This document shows positions 23,440 through 33,196 of a stretch of DNA of 64,000 nt, in pieces. Position 1 is the first letter of the stretch, and each line of letters starts with the position of its first letter. The stretch is taken from assembly GCA_963837025.1 (NCBI GenBank), contig CAWILT010000001.1:745572-809571 (forward strand), in the 5' to 3' direction. The notes under the pieces are model-generated. The model saw nothing but the letters and a program-made list of their open reading frames with translations, searched no databases and was not told the DNA's origin. Position numbers and translations under genes: made by a program. Origin of the DNA: an uncultured Alphaproteobacteria bacterium. GTDB taxonomy: Bacteria; Pseudomonadota; Alphaproteobacteria; Rickettsiales; JALZUV01.

Positions 23440-23564
23440 TTTATTCCTTATGTTATCTCACAAATAATGCGGATTAGTGCATAAACAGACCATAAGTTAT
23501 TGAATAAAATCTGAAAGGATTAAAAAATCGCTTGCACCCTTTTATTTGGCTCATACCATTAGGC

Positions 23565-24290
23565 ATGCGTGTTACCCTACTCACCCTATTCCCCGAGCTT
23601 TTTCCCGGCACATTAGGTCATTCTGTTATTGGTCGGGGTTTAACTGATGGCTTATGGAACTTAAATACGGTCAATATTCGCGATTATGCAACTGGCAAAC
23701 ATGCTAATGTTGATGATACACCCTATGGTGGCGGCGCGGGTATGCTCATGCGCGCTGATGTGCTGGGCAATGCGATTGAATCGATTAACCCGCGCGGCAA
23801 GCTTATTTATCTGTCGCCTCGCGGTGTGCCATTAACCCAAGCTAAAGCCGCACAATTGGCAACCGAGCCTGCTCTAACCCTTATTTGCGGGCGTTTTGAA
23901 GGTATTGATCAGCGTGTAATTGATTATTATGATATCGAAGAAATCTCCATTGGCGATTATGTGCTTGCCGGTGGTGAAGCAGCCGCACAAGTATTACTCG
24001 AAGCCGTTTTACGCCTCATTCCCAATATATTGGGCGAAAATGCGAGTGTGGAGGAAGAAAGTTTTGCGCTAAACACCGAATACGCTGGACTCCTTGAATA
24101 TCCGCATTATACTAAACCCCCTTCATGGAACGATTTAACCGTGCCTGAGGTGTTAACATCGGGTCATCACGCCAATATAAAAAAATGGCGCAAAACCCAA
24201 GCAGAAAATTTGACTAAACAGCGCAGGCCTGATATGTGGCTTCGCTTGACAACGAAAGAGGCACGCGATGAACCTATTGCAGAAGATTGA
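23565..24290 (+). CDS. trmD: tRNA (guanine37-N1)-methyltransferase
   Basis: The sequence begins [15 protein letters not shown] and contains YGGGAGM and [11 protein letters not shown]. The start is set at ATG 23565; the track start 23532 is a TTG extension. Confidence 0.95.
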   Translation: MRVTLLTLFPELFPGTLGHSVIGRGLTDGLWNLNTVNIRDYATGKHANVDDTPYGGGAGMLMRADVLGNAIESINPRGKLIYLSPRGVPLTQAKAAQLATEPALTLICGRFEGIDQRVIDYYDIEEISIGDYVLAGGEAAAQVLLEAVLRLIPNILGENASVEEESFALNTEYAGLLEYPHYTKPPSWNDLTVPEVLTSGHHANIKKWRKTQAENLTKQRRPDMWLRLTTKEARDEPIAED

Positions 24291-24720
24291 AAACGACCAC
24301 CTACAAAGCATTACCGAAGGTAAAGAAATACCTGTATTTGCTGCAGGTGATACCGTGCGCGTTAACTTCCGTATCGTTGAAGGTACTAACGAGCGTGTGC
24401 AGGCTTTTGAAGGCCTTGTTATCGCCCGTAAAAACCGTGGTTTAGCCTCTAGCTTCGTGGTTCGCAAACTTAGCCATGGCGAAGGGGTGGAGCGTATTTT
24501 CCCACTTTATTCACCACGTATTGAAAGCCTCGAAGTCATTCGTCGCGGTGCTGTGCGTCGTGCCAAACTTTACTATCTACGTGGTCGCACCGGTAAATCT
24601 GCACGTATTGCTGAAAAGAAAGATTACCGCAACACGAACACGGTTAAGAAAACGCGCGAAGAGCGTCAGGCAGCAAAAGCCGCTAAAGTTTCAGCGAAGG
24701 CAGCGAAAAAAGAAGCTTAG
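24268..24720 (+). CDS. rplS: 50S ribosomal protein L19, with a Lys/Ala-rich C-terminal tail
   Basis: 150 aa with F..GDTV.V...I.EG..ER.Q.FEG.VI and YLR blocks. It overlaps the 3' end of trmD. Confidence 0.95.
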   Translation: MNLLQKIENDHLQSITEGKEIPVFAAGDTVRVNFRIVEGTNERVQAFEGLVIARKNRGLASSFVVRKLSHGEGVERIFPLYSPRIESLEVIRRGAVRRAKLYYLRGRTGKSARIAEKKDYRNTNTVKKTREERQAAKAAKVSAKAAKKEA

Positions 24721-24809
24721 ATTTCCTAAGTTTTCCCTCTCGCAGTTTGAAATAATCTAATCAAGATTCCGCATCTTATCTTCGTTTATGCGGGGTGAAA
24801 GAACGAATC

Positions 24810-26219
24810 ATGACGGCTCAAACCTTATTCGATAAAATCTGGCAAAATCATCTCGTGCAGCAAAGCGATGATGGCGTTGCATTACTCTATATCGATCGCC
24901 ATCTCGTGCATGAAGTAACCAGCCCCCAAGCGTTTGAAGGCCTACGTATGAATGGCCGTAAGGTGCGTGCACCCGAAGCAACGCTTGCTGTGGCTGATCA
25001 TAACGTTCCCACCACTGCCGATCGCCTAGAAGGCATTAAAGATGAAACATCGCGCATTCAAGTCGAAACGCTAGCCAATAATTGCGCTGAATTTGGCATT
25101 CGCTATTTTGATATGTCTGACGCGCGGCAAGGTGTGGTGCATATTGTAGGGCCCGAACAAGGCTTTACCCTACCCGGCACCACCATTGTTTGCGGCGATT
25201 CGCACACATCGACCCATGGCGCATTTGGCGCATTAGCATTTGGCATCGGCACGTCAGAAGTGGAGCATGTGCTCGCCACCCAAACCCTCATTCAAAAACG
25301 TGCAAAAAATATGCGTATCACCGTTGAAGGCACCCCGAATGAAGGCATCACCGCCAAAGACATCACATTGGCCGTAATTGGACTAATCGGCACCGCTGGC
25401 GGTACAGGCTATGTAATTGAATATGCAGGCCAAGCCATTCGCGATTTGTCAATGGAAGGCCGTATGACAGTTTGTAATATGTCAATCGAAGCAGGCGCGC
25501 GTGCAGGCCTCATTGCACCCGATGAAACCACCTTCGCTTATCTCAAAGGCCGCCCAATGGCTCCAAGTGGCAGCGATTGGGAAAAGGCAATAGCCTATTG
25601 GCGCACCCTACCTTCCGATGAAAGCGCGTTTTACGATAAAGAAGTAACGTTGAATGCAGCCGACATTGCACCGCAAGTAACATGGGGCACTAGCCCGCAA
25701 GATGTTTTGCCCATTACGGCAAATGTGCCAAACCCAGCCGACCAAATTGACCCCGTCAAACGCGCCGCGCTTGAACGCTCACTGGCTTATATTGGGTTAA
25801 AAGCCGGTGAGAAATTAAATGAAGTGCCGGTAGATAAAGTGTTCATCGGATCATGCACCAACGGACGAATTGAAGATATGCGTGCCGCAGCCGCCGTTGC
25901 TAAAGGCCGCAAGGTGGCCAGCAATATCACCCTCGCGATGGTCGTGCCCGGCTCTGGTTTAGTGAAAAAACAAGCAGAAGCCGAAGGCCTGGATAAAATT
26001 TTTACCGATGCAGGTTTCGAATGGCGCGAGGCAGGCTGCTCCATGTGCTTAGCGATGAATGACGATTACTTACAGCCAGGCGAACGTTGTGCCTCCACTT
26101 CAAACCGTAATTTTGAAGGCCGTCAAGGCAAAGGCGGACGCACCCATTTAATGAGCCCCGCCATGGCCGCCGCCGCCGCGGTTACTGGCCATCTAACCGA
26201 TATTCGCGAGCTTGCCTAA
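24810..26219 (+). CDS. leuC: 3-isopropylmalate dehydratase large subunit
   Basis: Begins [11 protein letters not shown] and contains [18 protein letters not shown] and the [10 protein letters not shown] Fe-S ligand region. The start is set at ATG 24810. Confidence 0.95.
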   Translation: MTAQTLFDKIWQNHLVQQSDDGVALLYIDRHLVHEVTSPQAFEGLRMNGRKVRAPEATLAVADHNVPTTADRLEGIKDETSRIQVETLANNCAEFGIRYFDMSDARQGVVHIVGPEQGFTLPGTTIVCGDSHTSTHGAFGALAFGIGTSEVEHVLATQTLIQKRAKNMRITVEGTPNEGITAKDITLAVIGLIGTAGGTGYVIEYAGQAIRDLSMEGRMTVCNMSIEAGARAGLIAPDETTFAYLKGRPMAPSGSDWEKAIAYWRTLPSDESAFYDKEVTLNAADIAPQVTWGTSPQDVLPITANVPNPADQIDPVKRAALERSLAYIGLKAGEKLNEVPVDKVFIGSCTNGRIEDMRAAAAVAKGRKVASNITLAMVVPGSGLVKKQAEAEGLDKIFTDAGFEWREAGCSMCLAMNDDYLQPGERCASTSNRNFEGRQGKGGRTHLMSPAMAAAAAVTGHLTDIRELA

Positions 26220-26291
26220 ATTTAGCCCCTTCCGGCATGCTCCAACTTTGTTATCCTGTTAAATATAGGCTCACAAACCTGCGAGAAAAAT

Positions 26292-26702
26292 ATGACTGCC
26301 ATCAATGCCACCGCGCTCACGCTAAAAATTAGCACCGATAATACCAATCAAAATTTTGTAGAGCTTGGCGGGGTTGAAAATTATCGTATGCAGTTGCGCA
26401 ATCAAAATGCCAATCATCATCATGCTAATTTAGAACATCCTTGGCGTACAGCGAACGATCAAACAGGCCAACAAGCACTCACCATTACAGGCGATGGAAT
26501 TTTTACAAATAGCGCTTCAGAAGCCTATTTGCGTAACCAAGCGTTTAGTAATAAAATTCGGAACTTTCAAATTGAGTTAGGCAACGGCAATACCATAACA
26601 GGCGTATTTGCCATTACGCAACTCGCATTTTCTGCCGCAATGGAAGGCGCTATACGCTATCAAATTGCTTTACAAAGTGCTGGTGAATTGCGTTATGAAT
26701 AA
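26292..26702 (+). CDS. phage/GTA-type major tail protein (TP901-1 family-like), solitary
   Basis: The 136-aa product aligns by eye with the RcGTA-type major tail protein. Shared features are the N-terminal MTA.N, a GDGIF..S.SEA.LR..F block and the C-terminal F.ITQL.FS....GA..YQIALQSAGEL. No other phage or GTA genes are nearby. Confidence 0.6.
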   Translation: MTAINATALTLKISTDNTNQNFVELGGVENYRMQLRNQNANHHHANLEHPWRTANDQTGQQALTITGDGIFTNSASEAYLRNQAFSNKIRNFQIELGNGNTITGVFAITQLAFSAAMEGAIRYQIALQSAGELRYE

Positions 26703-26730
26703 AAAAGGGCAGCGTTAAGCCACCCTTTTT
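26703..26730 (-). terminator. intrinsic terminator, effectively bidirectional (copy 1 of a duplicated element)
   Basis: On the minus strand it reads AAAAAGGGUGGC-UUAAC-GCUGCCCUUUUUU. The 7-bp stem includes two G.U pairs and is followed by a U-tract. It sits 20 nt after the stop of the 26751..27551 gene, and a T-run on the plus strand follows ORF 26292..26702. Confidence 0.55.
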
Positions 26731-26750
26731 AATTTTAAAATAGTTAAGTT

Positions 26751-27551
26751 TTAGCGTTTGCTAATAATGACAAATGGTTCAACTTTTGCCAATTTTTCAG
26801 CTTCTAATTCGCGGGTTTCCCACCAATCTTTTTCAACATCGCCGTAAGCAACTACATAATCACCTACTTTTAACACGTTATCTTCTAAATCAAGATCTGA
26901 ATAATCGACACGAATTGTATCTTCTGCCGCTGCATCATATTTTAGCGTAAATTCTTCTTCATCTTCATTCAGTTGAATCACTTTACCTGATAATGAGATA
27001 TTATCCGTTTCATAGCTCGTAATATCAGCTAGATTATTGGTAAAACCCAATTCTTTAGACACATAATCGCGGCTATTATCAGTGGTTTGATACGAAATTT
27101 TAATTGCATCAATTTCTTTATTCGTAAAATAATTTTTATCTACTTTACCAACAACAGCAACTTTATCGCCTTTTTTCAGATATTCGGTTGCTTCATTATT
27201 AAATAATGCTGGCCAGTAATCATTCGTGTCCACATCAATAGTGCCATCAGCGGTTACAAGTTTAAATTCATCACCATCCGTAATTTTGCCTACTTCGCCG
27301 TATAAGCTAACATAGGTACCATCTGTTAACATATCGCTCAGATTTGTATGGACTGCATTCGTTTTGGTCGCACCGTTTAAATCATCAGCAACTTTGACCG
27401 TTGCATCAACTTTAGCGTTTGCTGGAGCGGCTGTTGAAACAGTAGCATTGGTTTTCATATTAGTTTTTGCCGGCATGTTTTCAGCCGATAATGCAAAGGG
27501 AGTAACGAGCGTGAGCACCGCACTTGATATTAATATGTGACGTAAATTCAT
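26751..27551 (-). CDS. secreted protein with two tandem BOF (YgiW/YdeI-like OB-fold) repeats
   Basis: It has a signal peptide (LTLVTPFALSA) and an internal duplication. V.L.G.V..I.D.DEF.L....GTI.VD...W and GD.V.V.G.VDK.... occur twice, resembling the YgiW pattern. Confidence 0.5.
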   Translation of the reverse strand: MNLRHILISSAVLTLVTPFALSAENMPAKTNMKTNATVSTAAPANAKVDATVKVADDLNGATKTNAVHTNLSDMLTDGTYVSLYGEVGKITDGDEFKLVTADGTIDVDTNDYWPALFNNEATEYLKKGDKVAVVGKVDKNYFTNKEIDAIKISYQTTDNSRDYVSKELGFTNNLADITSYETDNISLSGKVIQLNEDEEEFTLKYDAAAEDTIRVDYSDLDLEDNVLKVGDYVVAYGDVEKDWWETRELEAEKLAKVEPFVIISKR

Positions 27552-27643
27552 AAATAGTCTCCTTGTTGAATTGATTGTTTAGATATAAAACCACTGCAAT
27601 CAAATGTCTGTGGGAGCTGACAGAAAATTTATAAAGCCGGCAT

Positions 27644-27672
27644 AAAAAAAGGGCAGCGTAAGCCACCCTTTT
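27644..27672 (-). terminator. intrinsic terminator (copy 2 of the duplicated element)
   Basis: The plus strand reads AAAAAAAGGGCAGC-GTAA-GCCACCCTTTT, nearly identical to 26703-26730. On the minus strand it is a 7-bp stem plus U7, placed 20 nt after the stop of the 27692..28171 gene. Confidence 0.55.
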
Positions 27673-27691
27673 AATAAAATGCTATACTATA

Positions 27692-28171
27692 TTAGTTCGT
27701 AGTTTTAAATGTACTGCTTGAACCCGATGTTCTCGTTGAAGTTGATGAATCAACACCAGCATCCGCATCAACATCGACTGACTTTGAAATGCCAACTTTG
27801 CTAGTGCTTGTTTTGCTTGTTGATGTCATATTACTATCCGTATCTACATCAGTATCTGAATTTACATTCGTAGTTGAACGCGTTGTATCGGTATCGGTAC
27901 GTGTAGTAGAGCTGCTATCAGAGCCAAGTGTTGAGTTTGTACCAAGCGTTGTGCTGGTTGATACATCCGGCAATGTGGTATTAACTGATCCACTCACACC
28001 TGTATTCACACCTGTGTTTGAAGTGCCCGATTTCACACCGCTTGCGGTTGAACCAGACTGTGTAGCAGAAACGCCAACAGACGAAGTCGCGCCACCTAAT
28101 TGAGCATTAGCGGCAAAAGGTACCATCAAAGCGATTGAAGCAGTCACTAAAAGTGTATTTTTAAAATTCAT
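27692..28171 (-). CDS. secreted Ser/Thr-rich low-complexity protein
   Basis: 159 aa with a signal peptide (ASIALMVPFAANA). The mature part is dominated by S, T, D, N and G, with short degenerate repeats (TSTSKTSTSK, DTDVDTDS). Confidence 0.45.
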   Translation of the reverse strand: MNFKNTLLVTASIALMVPFAANAQLGGATSSVGVSATQSGSTASGVKSGTSNTGVNTGVSGSVNTTLPDVSTSTTLGTNSTLGSDSSSTTRTDTDTTRSTTNVNSDTDVDTDSNMTSTSKTSTSKVGISKSVDVDADAGVDSSTSTRTSGSSSTFKTTN

Positions 28172-28268
28172 TGTAATCTCCTGTTTATTTACAAATTAAG
28201 TTTTATTTTATTAGGTCTAAGTTTTCTATGCGCTGTACGTAATCCATTATAAGGATTGTATAAGTAGT

Positions 28269-29726
28269 TTAAAGGTTCAGTAAACGCAAGTTGTTCGTTG
28301 TGCCTGTAACCCCCACTGGTGCACCCGATAAGCTTACAATCGTGTCACCTTCAACAGCACCTAAATTTTGTTTTGCAAAATCAATTGCCCATTCATGCAT
28401 TACGTCAGAATCTTTAAAATCAGGAGATACAATTGAAGTTACTCCCCATACTAACATCATCTGACGCGCTGTTTTAAGTTCAGGTGTTAATCCAAATACG
28501 GGACAGCGCGAACGTTCGCGGGCGCTGGCAAACGCAGTTCCACCGCTACGCGTAAAGGCAAACACCGCTTTCGATTTCATCAATCGTGAAATATCGCGTG
28601 CCGAGGCCGCTAACGCGTGAGTTTGCTTAGCCCGCGGCTCTTTGCGTTTTTCATATAAATCTTGCCAATAAGTTTCATCATTTTCAACCGCGCGAATAAT
28701 ACGATCCATCACCGCCACAGCCGTTGCAGGATGACGCCCCACGGCAGATTCAGCACTTAACATGACAGCATCAACGCCCATATAAACGGCCGTTGCCACA
28801 TCGGAAGCTTCCGCGCGCGTTGGTACGGGAGTATCCACCATTGATTGCAACATTTGCGTGGCAACCACCACGGGCTTGCCTGCAATACGACAAGCATTTA
28901 CAATTTTGCGTTGCGCAGCAGGAACCTGCTCCATCGGCAATTCCACCCCTAAATCGCCACGTGCAACCATGATCATATCGGATTGCTCAACAATTTCGTC
29001 AATATATTCGAGCGCAAGAGGTTTTTCAATTTTGGAAAGAATCAGCGCTTGATTACCAATAATTTTCTTCGCTTCAATTACATCAGCAGCCGTTTGCACA
29101 AAGCTCAAGGCAATAATATCAACCCCTTCTTTCAATACAAATTCAAGATCCTGACGGTCTTTTTTAGTGAGTGCAGATATGGGCAATTGGCGTGTGGGAA
29201 CATTCACACCTTTTTTATCTGATAATGTGCCGGGAATATCCACACGAGCAGTCGCGCGTTGATTGCTTTCTTTAGCAATCAACGTTAGTGCCATAGTGCC
29301 ATCATCCAATTTAAGCTCATCACCCACTTGTAACGCTTCTAAAATTTCAGGATGGGGTAAACGTATGAGTCCTTTTTTGCCCGGCTCTTTGGAAACTTCA
29401 AGAATCACTTCTTCGCCATATTTGAGTTCAATCGGGCCATCAGCAAAAGTGCCCACACGAATTTTAGGGCCCTGCATATCGGCTAAAATAGGAATATGAA
29501 TGCCCGTTTGCGCTTCCACTTCGCGTATCGCTTCAATTTGCTTGCGGTGCGCTTCATGGCTGCCATGGCTAAAGTTTAAACGAAATGCCGTGGTGCCTGC
29601 ATTAACCAACTGCAGCAAATTGGTAGCTGGACCAACTGTGGCAATTATTTTACAGCAGCGCGGCGAAAGCGACAACATAGGATTAAGCTGGTTTTTAGAC
29701 TGTTCCTTTTTCTGAGCCGCGATCAT
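28269..29726 (-). CDS. pyk: pyruvate kinase
   Basis: Contains KIIATVGP, NFSHG, the MVARGDLGVE active-site region and ATQMLQSM. The start is set at ATG 29726-29724, which follows AGGAGA by 5 nt. The track start 29774 lacks an RBS. Confidence 0.93.
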   Translation of the reverse strand: MIAAQKKEQSKNQLNPMLSLSPRCCKIIATVGPATNLLQLVNAGTTAFRLNFSHGSHEAHRKQIEAIREVEAQTGIHIPILADMQGPKIRVGTFADGPIELKYGEEVILEVSKEPGKKGLIRLPHPEILEALQVGDELKLDDGTMALTLIAKESNQRATARVDIPGTLSDKKGVNVPTRQLPISALTKKDRQDLEFVLKEGVDIIALSFVQTAADVIEAKKIIGNQALILSKIEKPLALEYIDEIVEQSDMIMVARGDLGVELPMEQVPAAQRKIVNACRIAGKPVVVATQMLQSMVDTPVPTRAEASDVATAVYMGVDAVMLSAESAVGRHPATAVAVMDRIIRAVENDETYWQDLYEKRKEPRAKQTHALAASARDISRLMKSKAVFAFTRSGGTAFASARERSRCPVFGLTPELKTARQMMLVWGVTSIVSPDFKDSDVMHEWAIDFAKQNLGAVEGDTIVSLSGAPVGVTGTTNNLRLLNL

Positions 29727-29825
29727 ATATTCTCCTAATATGCTTAAATGGGTTATCGCATTAAGATAGAGCAAACATAACGCTTGTCACTGGCTTTTTC
29801 GATATTTTGTGCGTATAGAAACAGA

Positions 29826-30365
29826 ATGTTCATTCGCTATGTAATCATGATTGGTATTTTAATCGGTGCGGGGCTTTTATTTTACCCCAACAAAGATGAA
29901 ATACAGCTATCACAATTGCCTAATGTCGCTTTTACTACGCCTGATAAAATAAATCATACCTTAGCGGAATTTAATGAAAGCCAAATAATTTTAGTTCATT
30001 TTTGGGCTACGTGGTGCCCGCCTTGCCTGCCCGAAATACCAGAGCTTGTGGCACTTGCAAAAGCCAATCCAAATATCACCATCCTCGCATTTTCACTCGA
30101 TCGTTCGGAAGCGATTATGCAAAGTTTTTTCTCACTTAAATTTAAAGAGATGCCACCAAACTTCATTCCCATTTGGGATGAAAAAGGCAAAATTGCACAA
30201 ACAGAATTTTACAGTTTTAACTATCCGGAAACCTATATATTAAATTGCAATTTAGAACTTTTAGATAAAAAAATTGGCGCTGAAAGTAATTGGAAAAACG
30301 CGCTGCAAGCGTTCATAAAACAAACACAAAACCAAATATGTGCTGCCGCTAAAACACAGCCTTAA
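29826..30365 (+). CDS. TlpA/ResA-like thiol:disulfide oxidoreductase (thioredoxin fold)
   Basis: It has an N-terminal TM and the redox motif FWATWCPPC. The start is set at ATG 29826. Confidence 0.75.
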   Translation: MFIRYVIMIGILIGAGLLFYPNKDEIQLSQLPNVAFTTPDKINHTLAEFNESQIILVHFWATWCPPCLPEIPELVALAKANPNITILAFSLDRSEAIMQSFFSLKFKEMPPNFIPIWDEKGKIAQTEFYSFNYPETYILNCNLELLDKKIGAESNWKNALQAFIKQTQNQICAAAKTQP

Positions 30366-32278
30366 ACCACAATACGACTTGATGGAAAACGCACAATGAC
30401 TAACGTAGGTTTACCCGGTTCACTTTCAATTGATAGCGTTGCCTGATGCATCGCAACCAGTGCTTTAGTTAACGGAATACCTAAATTACTAATACGAACG
30501 GAAGGCTTACGCGATACACCATTCGCTTTGACATCGCTATCGTTTTCCTTTGCAAGCGCAGCCGTTTCAAGGGTAGTTTTCGACAATGATTTTGCGCCAA
30601 AATCACTGACAATAATTTCAAAATAGCGTTCTTCACGTTTATCACGCCCTACTTTAGCATCGATAATAATACTGCCGCCTCTGGGCGAGTGTGAAATGGC
30701 ATTGCCTAATAGATTTAAAATAATTTGCCTTAAACGCAATTCATCCACTAACAATTGTGGCAACAAATCAGCAACGCGGTTTTCAATCGTTACGTTTGCC
30801 GCTTTTAATTTATCGCTTAAAACGCGAATTGATTTGGCAATAACTAACTCAACCTGCACTGGCTTTTCTTGCAATTCTAACATACCCGCTTCCGCTTTCG
30901 CTAAAGCTAAAACATCACTTACTAAACCCTGAACAGCATTTGAGCATTCGTAAATATCATCAATATATTGGGTGTAGCGTTCATTTTCGATGGCACCGTA
31001 AACTTGGTTTTTCATTAATTCGGCGAAACCAGCGATGGTATTTAAAGGCGTGCGTAACTCGTGGCTCATTGAATGTAGAAAATCAATTTTTACGCGATTG
31101 CTAAGTTCCGCCGCTTCCTTAGCTTGTTTCATAAAGGCAATTTTACTGCGCTGTTCACGTTCGATATTACGCCGCTCATTTAAATAGCCATTAATGTGCG
31201 CAATTTGATTATCCAAATACATAATCTCGTCAAGCGCTTCAATTTTAGTATTGAGTTTTTCACCACGAATTAATGCATGCACTTTGTCTGTCAGTTGGTG
31301 TAGTGGAACCAAAATTCGCCCTCGAACCACCCATAGAACAATCAGCAAAAATAAGGTAATCATCACGATGGGCACCATGCGCTGCCAAAGCATGGCTGCA
31401 AATTCAGTCCATAAATCATTTAAATTAACGCCTAATAAAAAGGTAAATGGGTAAATGGCCGAGCTTTGATAATAGGTCACTAAATTACCATCAGCAACCG
31501 ATGTCATTTCGCCTTGTGACTTCGCCGCAAAGTTAATTAAATTCAAACTTTCTAACGGAAAATATTTATCAATAAAATCAGGAGAATTTGAGGATTCTGT
31601 CACATTCATAAAGCTGCTGCTAATCACGCCAAAATCAACCGCTTTACCTTGTAATGTGCGGCGTAGTTTATCGGTTAGTTTTTCGGTATCAATGCTCAAT
31701 AATACTGTTCCTAAATGCTGCCCCGTATAATCATCCACGCCCATGGCTGTAGGAATAACCCACTTATCAGATAAACGCCCCTCAATAGGCCGGCCAAGCT
31801 GAACTTTCCACGGCTCAATCAAGGCCTTTTTCATATAATCGCGATCGGAAACATCAATACCTTTTGAAAGCACCCCTCGAGTAGAACTCGCCGTTATTTG
31901 CTGGTCGCTATTAATCCATGCAAAAACGCGGATTAGAGTATTATCCGTGTCGAATGAGCGCAAAAGTCGTGCAATACCATCAGTATCATTAGCGCCCAAA
32001 TGTAAAATTTGTCGTCCTAAAGATTCAAGTAGATAAGACGATTGCTTAAGCTCTAAAATTACCGCACGATCAAGCCGAGTGGCTTCCGTTTCGAGCATGT
32101 TTAAATTTTGTTTTTTATAATCGCGGTTTGCATCAAAAATCACCCACCCTGCTAGCAGTAAGAGTAGGCATAGCATTGCACCCGCCAATAATGCGAAATC
32201 ACGAGAGTAAAATACGCCGCCTGGTGCGGTAGAATGTTGATCCATAAGGCTACAGATTAACGTTTTGCAACGCATCAA
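30362..32278 (-). CDS. membrane sensor histidine kinase with an extracytoplasmic Cache-like domain; no adjacent response regulator
   Basis: Two TM segments flank a ~270-aa periplasmic region. The H-box is FLHSMSHELRTPLN and the N-box is NLLGNAISHS. The G1 and G2 boxes are degenerate (SDFGAK; NLGIPL). Confidence 0.85.
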   Translation of the reverse strand: MMRCKTLICSLMDQHSTAPGGVFYSRDFALLAGAMLCLLLLLAGWVIFDANRDYKKQNLNMLETEATRLDRAVILELKQSSYLLESLGRQILHLGANDTDGIARLLRSFDTDNTLIRVFAWINSDQQITASSTRGVLSKGIDVSDRDYMKKALIEPWKVQLGRPIEGRLSDKWVIPTAMGVDDYTGQHLGTVLLSIDTEKLTDKLRRTLQGKAVDFGVISSSFMNVTESSNSPDFIDKYFPLESLNLINFAAKSQGEMTSVADGNLVTYYQSSAIYPFTFLLGVNLNDLWTEFAAMLWQRMVPIVMITLFLLIVLWVVRGRILVPLHQLTDKVHALIRGEKLNTKIEALDEIMYLDNQIAHINGYLNERRNIEREQRSKIAFMKQAKEAAELSNRVKIDFLHSMSHELRTPLNTIAGFAELMKNQVYGAIENERYTQYIDDIYECSNAVQGLVSDVLALAKAEAGMLELQEKPVQVELVIAKSIRVLSDKLKAANVTIENRVADLLPQLLVDELRLRQIILNLLGNAISHSPRGGSIIIDAKVGRDKREERYFEIIVSDFGAKSLSKTTLETAALAKENDSDVKANGVSRKPSVRISNLGIPLTKALVAMHQATLSIESEPGKPTLVIVRFPSSRIVV

Positions 32279-32296
32279 GCAAGCTATCGCCGCTTA

Positions 32297-33196
32297 TCAA
32301 ACGGTTAAAGGCATAAATTCTTTACGATCTTTCCAGTCTGGCACCACTTTAACGAATAAAAACAGATGTACTTTACATTCTAAATGCTTTTGCAAGCTTA
32401 TGCGTGCCGATTGTCCAATCTCTTTTAATTGAACGCCTTGTTTACCGAGTATAATCTTTTTATGCGCATCACGATTCACCATGATAATTTGGCTGATTTT
32501 CACGCTGCCATCGGCTTTTTCCTCCCAGTCTTCAGGCTCCACTCGCAAACCGTAAGGCAGCTCTTGGCGTAAGCGTAAAAACAGTTTTTCGCGCGTGATC
32601 TCAGCCGCAATAAAGCGCATCGGTAAATCTGACATCTGATCTTCGGGAAACATCCATTCGCTTTGCGGCATATGCGAAATCATCCATTTTTTTAAATCCC
32701 CAACCCCATGCCCCTTTAAAGCAGATCCCATAAAGATTTCCGTATCAATAACATGCTTGGAAATTTCGGCCACCACCTGCAAGAGCTTGTCTTTACTCAC
32801 TTTATCGGTTTTATTAAGCCATACTGCACTTGGGCGTGACGTGTCTTTTAATGTATTTAATAACGTAATATTCGCATCTGAGATTTTTCCTTTCAGCGAA
32901 ATTGCCAATGCATCAATCAAAAGTACCGTTGCATCTGAATCGCGCGTAGTTTTCCAAGCGGCGCTTACCATTGCTTTTTCAAAATTCTGTTCGGTTTGAA
33001 AGATTCCCGGAGTGTCCATATAAACCAGCTGACAGTCATCCTCAATCGCAATGCCGCGAATCACATCGCGCGTGGTTTGTACTTTAGGGGTAACAATCGC
33101 CAATTTTGTACCCATTAGCTGATTAAGCAAGGTTGATTTTCCCGCATTTGGCGCGCCGATCAGTGCAATAAATCCGCATTGTTTAGTCATGTGCAA
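32297..33196 (-). CDS. era: GTPase Era
   Basis: Contains GAPNAGKST (G1), DTPG and NKTD motifs plus a KH domain at the C-terminus. The start is at 33196 or 33190. Confidence 0.95.
   Translation of the reverse strand: MHMTKQCGFIALIGAPNAGKSTLLNQLMGTKLAIVTPKVQTTRDVIRGIAIEDDCQLVYMDTPGIFQTEQNFEKAMVSAAWKTTRDSDATVLLIDALAISLKGKISDANITLLNTLKDTSRPSAVWLNKTDKVSKDKLLQVVAEISKHVIDTEIFMGSALKGHGVGDLKKWMISHMPQSEWMFPEDQMSDLPMRFIAAEITREKLFLRLRQELPYGLRVEPEDWEEKADGSVKISQIIMVNRDAHKKIILGKQGVQLKEIGQSARISLQKHLECKVHLFLFVKVVPDWKDRKEFMPLTV

Noticed and set aside
24810-26219. The absence of leuD after leuC, considered as evidence that leucine biosynthesis is broken.
   Set aside because: leuC itself is full length with its Fe-S ligand motifs. 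leuC and leuD are not always adjacent, so leuD may simply lie elsewhere in the genome.
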